A stretch of 64,000 bases of DNA. It comes from Sedimentisphaeraceae bacterium JB056 (lineage in GTDB: Bacteria; Planctomycetota; Phycisphaerae; Sedimentisphaerales; Sedimentisphaeraceae). This document shows positions 9,301 through 19,912 of this stretch, piece after piece. Location of the stretch: contig JBITAJ010000011.1 in the NCBI GenBank assembly GCA_044440125.1, forward strand, positions 1 through 64,000. Reading direction: 5' to 3'. Numbering within the stretch: position 1 is the stretch's first letter; each line of letters starts with the position of its first letter. The translations under genes were made by a program, and so were the position numbers. The notes beneath the pieces were generated by a model. The model did not search any database. It was not told the origin of the DNA and saw nothing but the letters and a program-made list of their open reading frames with translations.

Positions 9301-10434
9301 ATGACAAAAGGCCAGCCTATTGACAGTCATCAGACTGGACAATCTGACCCAAGTATAAACAAGCTGTTCAAGGCACTGATTAAACACGAAGGCAGTGACT
9401 TGCACCTTAAAGTTGGTTTGCCGCCCAAAATGAGGATAAAAGGTTCATTGCGTGCAATGAAAGCGGATATCCTGGACGACATGACAATGGAAGAGCTTAT
9501 CTTTGGAATACTTACAGACGAGCAAAAAGAATTTTTCCTCAAGAGAGGTTCAATCGACTTTGCCCATGCATTAACAGAGAAGGATCGTTTCCGTGTAAAT
9601 GTATTCCGACAGAAAGGCCATATCGGTCTTGTGGCAAGACGTATCGACTCTGATATCCCACCATTTGAAAAGCTGAATCTACCTCCAATCATCTCGGATA
9701 TAGCAGAATATCCGACAGGTCTGGTTCTTGTTGTAGGTCCTACCGGTTCCGGTAAGAGTACAACAATCGCTTCTATGATCGACAAGATCAACCGTGAAGA
9801 ATCATGTCATATTGTTACAATTGAAGATCCGATTGAATACGTCCACACCGATAAAAAGGCGATTGTTAATCAAAGAGAGGTCGGCATCGACTGTCTTGAC
9901 TTCAAAGATGCCCTTCGCGGCCTGATGCGTCAGGACCCTGACGTTGTTCTTGTTGGTGAAATTCGAGACCTTGAAACTCTTTCTGCAGCTATGCAGGCAG
10001 CAGAAACAGGTCACCTTGTATTTGGTACATTGCACGCATCAAGCGCATCTCAGACAATACAACGTATTCTTGACATGTTCCCACAGGAAGAGCGTGAACT
10101 GGCAAGACAGACATTTGCTCTTGCTATAAGAGGTATCATCGCCCAGATGCTGCTTCCTGGAATCCAGCCGCACGCCAAGCGAGTACCTGCTCTTGAGATA
10201 ATGGTTGCCAACTCTACTGTTCGTAAACTGCTTTCTGAAGAACGTGAAGCTGACATACCTACAGTCATAAGATCGTGTCAGAACGAAGGTATGCAAGACT
10301 TCACAGAAAGTCTCAGGGACCTTGTAGAGCGTGAACTAATCGACCTTGACACTGCACTCGAATACGCATCAAATAAAGAAGAGCTTCGAATGGCGCTTAA
10401 GGGTATTAGAGCATCTTCCGGAGCTATTCTCTAA
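9301..10434 (+). CDS. PilT/PilU family type IV pilus ATPase
   Basis: SDLHL, Walker A GPTGSGKST, Asp box TIEDPIE, Walker B DPDVVLVGEIRD, His box TGHLVFGTLH, GMQ; all intact. Confidence 0.95.
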   Translation: MTKGQPIDSHQTGQSDPSINKLFKALIKHEGSDLHLKVGLPPKMRIKGSLRAMKADILDDMTMEELIFGILTDEQKEFFLKRGSIDFAHALTEKDRFRVNVFRQKGHIGLVARRIDSDIPPFEKLNLPPIISDIAEYPTGLVLVVGPTGSGKSTTIASMIDKINREESCHIVTIEDPIEYVHTDKKAIVNQREVGIDCLDFKDALRGLMRQDPDVVLVGEIRDLETLSAAMQAAETGHLVFGTLHASSASQTIQRILDMFPQEERELARQTFALAIRGIIAQMLLPGIQPHAKRVPALEIMVANSTVRKLLSEEREADIPTVIRSCQNEGMQDFTESLRDLVERELIDLDTALEYASNKEELRMALKGIRASSGAIL

Positions 10435-10538
10435 TACTTGAAATATATTGATTTTATACGAATGACACTTAAGCAAATACTTTGGTGAATTTACCACTAC
10501 GCTTAAGATCGCTTATAAAACTTATGGAGTTTAATGTT

Positions 10539-12203
10539 ATGCCTGAAACAATTTTAGCCGATATCGCTTATTCTGGTTACATATCACTGGTTAAGTTCAT
10601 ACCTTTCGTATTGTTCTTCTACCTGTGGCTTTTGCTTATAAACTGGGTTTATTTTGACACTAAAGCCGTACAATCTAACACCAATTACTGGCTGAGTGTT
10701 ACAACAATAGCTGGTGCGGTAGCTTTAGTAACATGGATGTTTGTTCCGGTATATGTTATCGGGCTTCTGCTGTTCCTTATCATAGCAGGTACATCAAGCC
10801 TGCTGTATGTAATACACAGAAATGCGAAAGTTGCCGACTTTGAAAAGGTTCTGACAATACAGCATTTCAAGAGCCTTATGACAAATGAGAAGAAGAAGAT
10901 AGAAAAAGGATCTCACGGCTTCAACTTTGTTACCGCCAACGGTAATCCAATAGGAATACCCGAGCCAAAATCAAAAGAATCTTACGGCTTCCAGATAGCA
11001 TGCGGATTGTTTGATGATGCTATATGGCGACGAGTCTCTGAAATCAAGATGATACCTGGGGCAGAAGAATACACCGTAACATATAAAATTGACGGCGCAG
11101 TAACAAAAACAGACCCCATAGCAACTGAAAATGTCGGCTACTTCATATATTTCATCAAACACCTTGCTGATCTTAACGTTGAAGAAAAAAGAAAACCGCA
11201 ATTAGGCAGTTTCAAAACAGAGAAGAAAAACCAGAAGACCGGCTGGAAAGTTCAGACAGCAGGTTCCACTGCAGGTGAACAGATATTGATAGTACGAGAT
11301 GAAGAATACAGCCAAATGGATATCAAATCCATTGGATTCTTCCCCGAGCAGGTTGAAGACCTCAAGAGAATGCGTGAAATAAACAAAGGCGTCTTTATCG
11401 TCGCCGGCACAAGAGCATCAGGATTGACAACTGCTTTCTATGCCCTGCTTAGAAATCATGACCCATTCCTTTACAGCATCAATACTGTCGAAAAACGCCC
11501 TGCAGGCGATATAAACAGTATTGATCAGATAGTTTTTGACCCTATTAAATCTGGCGGTCAGACATATGCTCAGAGAATACAATCAATGGTTCGTATGGGA
11601 CCGGATATCGTGGGTGTTGGCGATTGTGATGATCCGGAAACAGCCAAACTTGTTTGCGAAATCGCCAAAACCAAGCTGATTTATGTCTCAATCGAAGCAG
11701 AAAACAGTATTCAGGCAATTGCAAAATGGTTACAATTAGTCCCTGACAGGAGACTGGCCCTTGGGAATCTTGCAGGCCTGGCTTCGTCAAGACTTGTAAG
11801 AGTTCTTTGCGATGAGTGCAAGGAAGAATACGAACCAAATCCTGAAATGCTGAAAAAACTCAATATACCAGCGGGCAAAGTAAGCGTAATGTGTCGTCCG
11901 GGTGAGCCTGAATACACAAGAAGTGGAAAACCAATACTCTGCGAACATTGTCAGGGAGTTGGCTATTACGGAAGAACTGGTGTTCTTGAAAGCTTTATCG
12001 TACCGGAAAACGTAGCCGCAGAATTGCCAAAAACAGAAAGCCTCAAAGAAATAGCTGCGATTCTGAGAAGAAACGGCATGAAATTCCTGCAGGAAAGACT
12101 TGTTGAAAAAATTGCTGACGGCGTTACGAGCATAAATGAGATGGTAAGGGTGCTTAAATCTACAAACAAAGCTGCCCAGTCACCTAAGAAACCTAAGGCC
12201 TGA
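10539..12203 (+). CDS. Membrane-anchored PilB/GspE-like ATPase homologue with degenerate catalytic motifs
   Basis: About 3 N-terminal TM helices, a GspE core and the tetracysteine motif (LCDECK...CEHCQGVGYYGRTG). Walker A reads GTRASGLTT. Start placed at ATG 10539 after GGAG. Confidence 0.85.
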   Translation: MPETILADIAYSGYISLVKFIPFVLFFYLWLLLINWVYFDTKAVQSNTNYWLSVTTIAGAVALVTWMFVPVYVIGLLLFLIIAGTSSLLYVIHRNAKVADFEKVLTIQHFKSLMTNEKKKIEKGSHGFNFVTANGNPIGIPEPKSKESYGFQIACGLFDDAIWRRVSEIKMIPGAEEYTVTYKIDGAVTKTDPIATENVGYFIYFIKHLADLNVEEKRKPQLGSFKTEKKNQKTGWKVQTAGSTAGEQILIVRDEEYSQMDIKSIGFFPEQVEDLKRMREINKGVFIVAGTRASGLTTAFYALLRNHDPFLYSINTVEKRPAGDINSIDQIVFDPIKSGGQTYAQRIQSMVRMGPDIVGVGDCDDPETAKLVCEIAKTKLIYVSIEAENSIQAIAKWLQLVPDRRLALGNLAGLASSRLVRVLCDECKEEYEPNPEMLKKLNIPAGKVSVMCRPGEPEYTRSGKPILCEHCQGVGYYGRTGVLESFIVPENVAAELPKTESLKEIAAILRRNGMKFLQERLVEKIADGVTSINEMVRVLKSTNKAAQSPKKPKA

Positions 12204-12225
12204 TGAAAGACATAGGAGATAAAAA

Positions 12226-13344
12226 ATGATCCCATTAATTATATTGGCGATAATCACGATAGCTATCGTTTCGGACGCGGTTATTAAACCATCCATATTC
12301 AAATACGCAATTATGCTTTTCTCAGGCATCTTTGCTATTATAGTTACTTTCAATTACTATGAATCAATTGCTAAAATACTCTACGAAAAAGAGTTCCTGC
12401 CTAATCATATATATGCATTGTCATTCATATTGATAGCAGTAATAGCTTTTATAGTATTCAAAGTGATAGGCGACTATGCCATACGCTCTGAAATCAAATT
12501 TCCCGGCATGGTCTCAAGAATAGGAAGTATAGTATGCGCTTTTATATTCGCAATTCTCGTTGCAGGCACTTTCTTTATATTCGGCGCACTTCTTCCAATG
12601 CCTCCAAAATATCCCTATGCTCGCTTTGCCAATAAGGTTGTATTGGTCAATCAATACAATGATATTGAGCCGGACAAACCTCTAATCAGTGCTGATGGGC
12701 TTGCAACAGGTATTTTCAAACTGATTTCAAGCGGAAGCTTCAGCTCAGATAAGAGTTTTGGTGTTCTTCATACCGATTTTCTTAACAGTTGTTATTTGAA
12801 TCGTCACAAAATCAAAGATGAAGAGAACCAGGTTAATGCAATGACTGGCAATCAAGCCATTAGGATCTCTATGTCGGACAAGAACACTGTCCGCAAAGCT
12901 CACACAAGTTTGAGAACAAGCGAAGGTAAATCTGTGCCTCAAATCGACGGCAAAGAGCTTTATATAATCAAATGCCCGTTCAATCTTAAGAGAGTTGAAA
13001 ATGGCGGCACACTTGATAATAGCTCTAAAATTGAACTTTTACCTTGCCAGATTCGTATACTTTGCAATGATTCATATGAAGATGGGCTAAAAGGTAATGG
13101 CGTTGCCATTTATCCTTACGGATATCTGGATGAAAATCGCAGGTTTGTAAGATCAAATCTTACAAATGTATTGAGCTTTGAAGTCAACAAAAAAGATAAC
13201 AAAACGAATACTCAAGATGTATATCTGGCATTCTTTATCCCTGAGGGTACGGAGCCGGTAGCATTGGCTTATAAGCAAAACTTCATTACAGAGTTGCCAA
13301 AACAGCCCGGTGATGAAGAACCTACTGAAACAGAAGAAAATTAA
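12226..13344 (+). CDS. CvpA-like membrane protein with large C-terminal soluble domain
   Basis: Four TM helices with CvpA-like spacing (FNYYESIA...SRIGSIVCA), then a ~230-aa polar domain. Confidence 0.6.
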   Translation: MIPLIILAIITIAIVSDAVIKPSIFKYAIMLFSGIFAIIVTFNYYESIAKILYEKEFLPNHIYALSFILIAVIAFIVFKVIGDYAIRSEIKFPGMVSRIGSIVCAFIFAILVAGTFFIFGALLPMPPKYPYARFANKVVLVNQYNDIEPDKPLISADGLATGIFKLISSGSFSSDKSFGVLHTDFLNSCYLNRHKIKDEENQVNAMTGNQAIRISMSDKNTVRKAHTSLRTSEGKSVPQIDGKELYIIKCPFNLKRVENGGTLDNSSKIELLPCQIRILCNDSYEDGLKGNGVAIYPYGYLDENRRFVRSNLTNVLSFEVNKKDNKTNTQDVYLAFFIPEGTEPVALAYKQNFITELPKQPGDEEPTETEEN

Positions 13345-13363
13345 TAAGGGTTTTAAGGGATAT

Positions 13364-14593
13364 ATGGCTAAAACCAATTATGATACTATGTTCGGCAGGA
13401 TGGCTGTTGAATGGAAGTTATGTTCAGACTCTGAGCATAAGAAATGCCTTGCCGAGTTAAAAGAAAGACAGGCAAAGGAGGATCCATCTACTTTAAGCCA
13501 GCTGATGATCGAAAAAGGGTTCATCACACGCAGGCAGGCAAAAAGACTGATGGAGGATATCGCATCACAAAAAGATAATAACCAGATACCAGGCTACAAA
13601 ATACTTGGAAAGCTTGGCTCAGGCGCAATGGCTGTTGTCTACAAAGCAAAGCAAGTCAGCCTTGACAGAATAGTTGCGATAAAGGTACTTCCAAATAAAT
13701 TCGCCGAAAAATCGAACTACGTAGAAAGATTCTTCAAAGAAGGTCAGCTCGCAGCCAAACTGAATCACAACAACATCGTTCAGGCTATTGATGTGGGCGA
13801 ATCCAAAGGAATGTATTACTTCGTAATGGAGTATGTTGAGGGTAAGACAATATATGACGATCTTGCAAAAGGTATTGTATATGATGAACAAATCGCCCTT
13901 GAAATAATGATTCAGCTTGCCGGTGCCCTTGAACACGCACACGCACAAGGGCTGATTCACCGCGATATAAAGCCTAAAAACATAATGATAACCAATTCGG
14001 GTGTTGTCAAGCTTGCCGACCTTGGTCTTGCAAGAGCAGCATCAGATGTCGAAGCTGCAAAGGCTGAAAAAGGCAAGGCATTTGGGACCCCCTTCTATAT
14101 CGCTCCAGAGCAGATAAAAGGCCAAATAGACATCGATGGAAGAGCAGATATCTACGGACTTGGTGCAACTCTTTACCATATGGTTACAGGTACTGTTCCA
14201 TTCAAAGGGGCCAATCCGGGTGAGGTAATGAAGAAACATCTTACAGAACAGCTCGTTCCACCGGATCATCTCAATACCAACCTTTCAGCAGGTATATCCG
14301 AAGTCATAGAGACTATGATGGCCAAGGATAAATCCGAGAGATACTCCAACCCATCAGACCTGCTTGAAGACCTGAAAAGTGTTAAAAGAGGCGAAGCCCC
14401 TAAATATACAAAACATCAGTTTTCGATAGAATCTCTTGAAGAACTGGAAAGCGGCGAAGCCCTTGCACTTGATCCAGCGGAAAGAAGCTATCCGTATTCT
14501 ATAATAGTGAAATATAGGATAATAATGGTACTTCTTACTGCAACCATACTGGTTCTCATAATTATGATGATTCTTATGGCAGGTAAAAAATAG
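13364..14593 (+). CDS. Hanks-type Ser/Thr protein kinase with C-terminal TM anchor
   Basis: LGSGAMAVV, VAIK, HRDIKPKN, DLGLA, GTPFYIAPE; hydrophobic C-terminus. Start after AAGGGA. Confidence 0.95.
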   Translation: MAKTNYDTMFGRMAVEWKLCSDSEHKKCLAELKERQAKEDPSTLSQLMIEKGFITRRQAKRLMEDIASQKDNNQIPGYKILGKLGSGAMAVVYKAKQVSLDRIVAIKVLPNKFAEKSNYVERFFKEGQLAAKLNHNNIVQAIDVGESKGMYYFVMEYVEGKTIYDDLAKGIVYDEQIALEIMIQLAGALEHAHAQGLIHRDIKPKNIMITNSGVVKLADLGLARAASDVEAAKAEKGKAFGTPFYIAPEQIKGQIDIDGRADIYGLGATLYHMVTGTVPFKGANPGEVMKKHLTEQLVPPDHLNTNLSAGISEVIETMMAKDKSERYSNPSDLLEDLKSVKRGEAPKYTKHQFSIESLEELESGEALALDPAERSYPYSIIVKYRIIMVLLTATILVLIIMMILMAGKK

Positions 14594-14632
14594 CTATAAG
14601 GTCTTTCTATAACTGGCCTTATAGAACGTTTT

Positions 14633-14681
14633 TCTTTTAACGCTTGCAGCTGATAGAGATTCGGCCGCAAGCGTTAAAAGA
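14633..14681. terminator. Strong hairpin after kinase gene
   Basis: tcttttaacgcttgc / gcaagcgttaaaaga, 15-bp perfect stem. Confidence 0.6.
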
Positions 14682-14823
14682 TTATATGCGTTGAGTTGTT
14701 ACCGTATTAACCCTGACTCAACATCTTTTTTAAGGCATCAATTAACCGTAAAGAGAATTTCATCTTCTGATTAATAACGAAAGAAGATTTCTCATTAAAA
14801 TTTTAATAAAGATAGAAAAATAG

Positions 14824-16683
14824 ATGAAAAACATAAATCATATAAGAAATGTAGCGATTATCGCTCACGTTGACCATGGTAAGACAACACTTGTTGATCA
14901 GTTGCTTTATCAGTCTGGAATGTTCCGTAACAGTGACCTTGATAAGCTCGCCGGTGGGCAGCACAACTTGATTATGGACAGTAATCCTCTTGAAAGAGAG
15001 AGAGGCATCACTATCCTAAGTAAAAACTGCGCTGTTAATTACACTGATCCAGATGGTGAAGAATACAAAATCAACATTATAGACACCCCAGGCCACGCCG
15101 ATTTTGGTGGTGAAGTTGAACGTGTACTCAAAATGGCTGACGGAGTACTGTTAATTGTAGATGCGTTTGAGGGGCCAATGCCTCAAACGCGTTTTGTTTT
15201 GACAAAAGCTCTCGAGAACAAACTTAAGCCTATAGTAGTAGTCAACAAAGCAGACAGGCCTGATGCCCGCCCTGATGATGTTGTAAACGAAGTTTTCGAC
15301 CTTCTCGTGCAGCTTGATGCAGATGATGACATGCTTGACTTTCCAGTTGTCTTCGCTTCGGCTAAAGAAGGATGGTCAAGAGCTGATTTCAATGATGACA
15401 ATGACAACATGAAACCTGTCTATGATGCTATAATCAAACATGTTCCGCCTTCAGCAGCCGATCCTGATGCACCATTACAGATGCTTGTTAACACCCTTGA
15501 TTACTCAGACTACGTAGGTAAAATAGCAATAGGTCGAGTATTCGGAGGTCGCGTTAATCAGGCTCAGATGGTTACCGTCATAGATAGAGACGGCAAGCAT
15601 ACACTTCAAAAAATTGTAAAGCTATATCAGTTTGAAGGTCTCGGTAAAAAACCGGTTGAGCAGGTTCAGGCAGGAGACATCTGCGCGATAGCAGGTTTAG
15701 ACCCGGTAGACATCGGCAATACGATTGCATGTCCTGACAAGCCTTCTGCTTTACCTGTGATTGCAGTTGATGAGCCAACAATGACAATGACATTTAGGGT
15801 AAATGACGGACCTTTTGCCGGAAAAGAAGGTAAATATATCACAAGCCGTCAGATAAAGGACCGACTCGACAAAGAACTGCAGGTTAATGTCGCTTTAAGA
15901 GTTGCACCCGGCAATACCGGTGAAGAATACAAGGTTTCAGGCAGAGGACTGATGCACCTGGGTATACTTCTCGAAAATATGAGACGAGAAGGCTACGAAA
16001 TTTGTGTTGGAAAACCGGAAGTTATCTTCCGCGTTGCAGACGGAATACGTCAGGAACCGATAGAAAACCTGGTTGTAGACTGCCCTATTGATTGCCAAAA
16101 CTCTGTGATGAGCCTTCTTGGTGACAGAAGAAGCGAAATGGTCAAAATGGACGCGAAAAGCGGCACAGACAATTATGTCCACATGGAATTCAAGATACCA
16201 TCAAGAGGTCTGTTCGGATTGCATGCACGTCTGCTCAATGCCACACAAGGCCGTGCTATCATGCACCATACATTTGACAGATACGAGCCTATGCGAGGTT
16301 CCATTCCTCAAAGACAGGCCGGTGTCATGATTGCTCTTGAACAGGGACAGGTAACATCATATTCACTGGATAACCTATTCGAAAGAGGTGCTTTCTTTGT
16401 CAAACCGGGCGATATGGTATATGAAGGCCAGATTGTCGGTGAACACTGCAAGGATAACGACATCACGGTAAACGTTGTAAGACAAAAGCAGCTTACCAAT
16501 ATGCGTGCATCAGGTAAGGATGAATCATCTAAGGTGAAACCTCCTCGAGAAATGAGCCTTGAAGCCTCTCTGGAATACATACAGGAAGGCGAGCTTGTAG
16601 AGATAACGCCTAATTCTGTACGAATGCGTATGCGTATGCTGAAAGAAACAGACAGAAAAAGAGCTGCAAGAGCAGCAAAATAA
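14824..16683 (+). CDS. typA: Translational GTPase TypA/BipA
   Basis: [52 protein letters not shown]. Confidence 0.97.
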   Translation: MKNINHIRNVAIIAHVDHGKTTLVDQLLYQSGMFRNSDLDKLAGGQHNLIMDSNPLERERGITILSKNCAVNYTDPDGEEYKINIIDTPGHADFGGEVERVLKMADGVLLIVDAFEGPMPQTRFVLTKALENKLKPIVVVNKADRPDARPDDVVNEVFDLLVQLDADDDMLDFPVVFASAKEGWSRADFNDDNDNMKPVYDAIIKHVPPSAADPDAPLQMLVNTLDYSDYVGKIAIGRVFGGRVNQAQMVTVIDRDGKHTLQKIVKLYQFEGLGKKPVEQVQAGDICAIAGLDPVDIGNTIACPDKPSALPVIAVDEPTMTMTFRVNDGPFAGKEGKYITSRQIKDRLDKELQVNVALRVAPGNTGEEYKVSGRGLMHLGILLENMRREGYEICVGKPEVIFRVADGIRQEPIENLVVDCPIDCQNSVMSLLGDRRSEMVKMDAKSGTDNYVHMEFKIPSRGLFGLHARLLNATQGRAIMHHTFDRYEPMRGSIPQRQAGVMIALEQGQVTSYSLDNLFERGAFFVKPGDMVYEGQIVGEHCKDNDITVNVVRQKQLTNMRASGKDESSKVKPPREMSLEASLEYIQEGELVEITPNSVRMRMRMLKETDRKRAARAAK

Positions 16684-16689
16684 CTAATA

Positions 16690-16731
16690 AAAAGCAGCGG
16701 TACTAAACAAAGTGTCGCTGCTTTTGTTTTT
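16690..16731 (+). terminator. Intrinsic terminator of typA
   Basis: aaaagcagcg...cgctgctttt followed by gttttt. Confidence 0.75.
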
Positions 16732-16852
16732 ACAGCTATGATTAACAACCGACTGCGGTAAACAATGCTGAAAAGAAATTCTTGACTTAATGTATCAATA
16801 ATAATATATTCAAGTTATCGTAAACATATTACAGTAATTTTAAGAGAGTTTT

Positions 16853-18019
16853 TTGATGAAAAGACAAATTAAAACAGCCTTCATAGCAATGTTGTCAATG
16901 GTGATGATTCAATGCTGCTATGCACAGGCAACAGCAGAAGGCAGTTGGGTAACCCCTTCTGACAGACACATTTACTACACCGGACGTATCGACTTTTCAA
17001 ACCCCGATATGCCACGGCTTTTCTGGACTTCAAGCCTTATTGAAGCAAGGTTCAGCGGCACATCACTAAAAGTAATTCTTGATGACAGCACAGGGCATGA
17101 TACTTACCATATAATAATAGACGGTAATGAGTCACAGGCATTTACCCTGTCGTGCCTGAAAGGTAAAAATGTATATACACTCGCAGAAAATCTCGAGGGA
17201 GACGATCATAAGGTCCTTATAGCCAAAAGAACTGAATTTTCTGTTGGAGATACCGCATTCTGCGGATTTATACTTGATACGGGCAAGGGATTATCAAAAC
17301 TGCCGCTCTATCAACCAAGAAGACGCATTGAGTTTTTCGGTGATTCAATAACATGCGGTATGGGAAACGAGGATGAAAGCCTTGTAAACAACAGCGATAT
17401 GAGCCTTGAAAACGGCTATATGACATATGCAGCAATGACAGCGAGAAATCTCAAGGCACAGGCGCATATGACCTCAAAAAGCGGTATCGGTTTTATGGTA
17501 AGCTGGGCAGACATAATAATGCCAGATATCTATGACAGAATTAACCCAAATGATAAAGACAGTAAATGGGATTTCAGTTCGTGGACACCTGATATTGTTG
17601 TAGTTAATCTGGGTACTAATGACAGCTGGCTTTACAACAGCAGATTCCTTACTACACCAACAGAAACACAGATAATTGAAGCTTATGTTGATTTCGTAAG
17701 AATGCTGAGGGGAAAATACCCAGAAACATTCATCCTTTGCACTCTTGGCAACATGAGCTCAACAGCAGAAAACGCTCCCTTTCCTGTATATATACAGGAA
17801 GCTGTTAATCTGATGAGAGAAAAATATTCCGATAACAAACTTGATACAATATTCTTTCCGTTCAAAGGAACTGACGGCCACCCTACAATAAGTGAACATG
17901 AGTTGATGGCAGATCCTTTGACTGAGAAAATATCAGATATAATGGACTGGGATACAATTCCCTCTGAGGAAGAACCTCAGTTGCAAGAAACTCAAACAGA
18001 AAAAGAAACAGTTAATTAA
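16853..18019 (+). CDS. SGNH/GDSL esterase (CE2-like acetyl esterase), secreted
   Basis: IEFFGDSITCG, SGIG, NLGTND, DGHP; signal peptide. Confidence 0.88.
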   Translation: MMKRQIKTAFIAMLSMVMIQCCYAQATAEGSWVTPSDRHIYYTGRIDFSNPDMPRLFWTSSLIEARFSGTSLKVILDDSTGHDTYHIIIDGNESQAFTLSCLKGKNVYTLAENLEGDDHKVLIAKRTEFSVGDTAFCGFILDTGKGLSKLPLYQPRRRIEFFGDSITCGMGNEDESLVNNSDMSLENGYMTYAAMTARNLKAQAHMTSKSGIGFMVSWADIIMPDIYDRINPNDKDSKWDFSSWTPDIVVVNLGTNDSWLYNSRFLTTPTETQIIEAYVDFVRMLRGKYPETFILCTLGNMSSTAENAPFPVYIQEAVNLMREKYSDNKLDTIFFPFKGTDGHPTISEHELMADPLTEKISDIMDWDTIPSEEEPQLQETQTEKETVN

Positions 18020-18031
18020 GAAGGTTTTATA

Positions 18032-18328
18032 ATGTTAGTACACAGCGTTTATTTCTGGCTATCAGAAGATGCAACTGCAAAAGACAAGGATATGTTTGAA
18101 AAGAAGCTGAAAGCCCTTGAAAATATAAGTTCTGCGGAAGCTGTTTACATTGGTACTCCCGCGGGAACAGACCGCCCTGTGATTGACAGAAGCTATGACT
18201 ATGCTCTTACAGTGATATTTCAGGATATGCAAGCTCACGACTGCTACCAGACAGATCCTCTTCATAAGGACTTCCTGACCAACTGTTCGAAGCTTTTCGG
18301 CAAAGTAGTTATCTATGATGCTGACTAA
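18032..18328 (+). CDS. Dabb (stress-responsive A/B barrel) family protein
   Basis: HSVYFWL, YDYAL...F, YQTDPLH. Confidence 0.85.
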   Translation: MLVHSVYFWLSEDATAKDKDMFEKKLKALENISSAEAVYIGTPAGTDRPVIDRSYDYALTVIFQDMQAHDCYQTDPLHKDFLTNCSKLFGKVVIYDAD

Positions 18329-18353
18329 TTTAATATAACACAGGATTAATTCA

Positions 18354-19874
18354 ATGGCTCTTAAACGAATACTTTTATTAGTAACTGCTATTTGCATACC
18401 GGCATTAGCACAATTGCGACTTCCAGCCGTAATAAACGACGGAATGGTACTCCAGAGAGATGCCTCTGTACCTATATGGGGATGGGCTCAACCTTATCAG
18501 AAAGTTGATGTTAAGGGTTCCTGGATGGTTCTTCCAAGAAGTGCAAGAGCTAACGAAAAAGGAAGATGGTTCGTAAAGATTAAATCACCTGAAGCCGGCG
18601 GGCCATATTCAATTGTGATTCAAAGCGGCAAAGAATTCATAGAACTTAAGAACGTACTTTCCGGTGAAGTATGGCTTTGCAGTGGACAGTCTAACATGGA
18701 TTTTCCGCTTAAAGAGTCAGAAAAAGGTGCTGAAGCTATAATTGAGTCCAATTTGCCCCAAATAAGGTTATTTAAAGTTCCACATACAATAGCCGATAAT
18801 CCTCTCGAAGATACAGAAGCTAAGTGGCAGCAGGCATCACCTGAGACAACGCCTGATTTTTCCGCAATTGGTTTTTATTATGCCAAACTGCTTAACCGCC
18901 AGCTTGATGTTCCGGTAGGTATGATTCAGTCTGCTTGGGGTGGAACTCTTGCAGAAAGCTGGATGAGAAAAGAAATACTTGCAACTGACAAAGATTTTCA
19001 CCCCATACTTGAGCGTTTCAGCGAAAAAGTTCTTGGATATTCTGAAAAGTTCAAAGAATATGAGACAAAACTCAAAGAGTGGGAAAGCACTGAAGAAAGC
19101 AAAAGGGAAGAAAAACCCAAGGCACCGCAGCTTAGAGACAAGAATTCACCTTCAAGTCTTTACAATGGCATGATAAGTCCAATCATTCCTTATAAGATCA
19201 AGGGGGTTATATGGTATCAGGGAGAAGCAAATCGCAGACGCGGCTGGCAATACAGAAAGCTATTCCCTGCATTGATCGAAAATTGGCGTAAGGATTGGAA
19301 TCAGGGGCCGTTTTCATTTTACTTTGTACAAATAGCACCATACAAATATCCCAACACAGACAAATATCTTGTGCCTGAACTTCGTGATGCGCAACTGCAC
19401 ACGATGAAAACAGTGGTTAATACCGGCATGGTAGTGACTACCGACATTGGTAACATTGATGATATACATCCCAAAAACAAATCAACTGTTGCCAATCGAC
19501 TTTTCCTTTGGGCAATGGCAAATAATTATGGCAAACCTAATATAGTACATTCTGGACCTATATACAAATCTATGACAGTAGAAAATGATAAAATCCGGAT
19601 AATGTTTGACCACCTTGGTCAAGGATTAACTGCTCCGTACTACGAACCAATAAAAGGCTTTGAGATTGCAGGAGAAGACAAAAAATTCTATCCGGCAGAT
19701 GCTATTATTGAGAGAAATACAGTATTAGTTGGAAATGTCGAAATTGAAAAACCTGTTGCTGTAAGATTCGGATGGGACAAAGCTGCCCAAACAAATCTAT
19801 CCAACAGACAAGGCCTGCCGGCATCACCTTTCAGGACAGATGACTGGCCGGCTGTGAGTATCGAAGCAAAGTAA
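18354..19874 (+). CDS. Sialate O-acetylesterase family protein
   Basis: MVLQR, GEVWLCSGQSNM, WYQGE, DIHP. Confidence 0.92.
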   Translation: MALKRILLLVTAICIPALAQLRLPAVINDGMVLQRDASVPIWGWAQPYQKVDVKGSWMVLPRSARANEKGRWFVKIKSPEAGGPYSIVIQSGKEFIELKNVLSGEVWLCSGQSNMDFPLKESEKGAEAIIESNLPQIRLFKVPHTIADNPLEDTEAKWQQASPETTPDFSAIGFYYAKLLNRQLDVPVGMIQSAWGGTLAESWMRKEILATDKDFHPILERFSEKVLGYSEKFKEYETKLKEWESTEESKREEKPKAPQLRDKNSPSSLYNGMISPIIPYKIKGVIWYQGEANRRRGWQYRKLFPALIENWRKDWNQGPFSFYFVQIAPYKYPNTDKYLVPELRDAQLHTMKTVVNTGMVVTTDIGNIDDIHPKNKSTVANRLFLWAMANNYGKPNIVHSGPIYKSMTVENDKIRIMFDHLGQGLTAPYYEPIKGFEIAGEDKKFYPADAIIERNTVLVGNVEIEKPVAVRFGWDKAAQTNLSNRQGLPASPFRTDDWPAVSIEAK

Positions 19875-19912
19875 ATCGGATATCAAATGAGAAGAATTAT
19901 AAAGAGGATAAA

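Noticed and set aside
10539..12203. PilB homologue as a pseudogene
   Set aside because: The frame is uninterrupted with an SD and conserved structural motifs (tetracysteine); only catalytic residues are changed.
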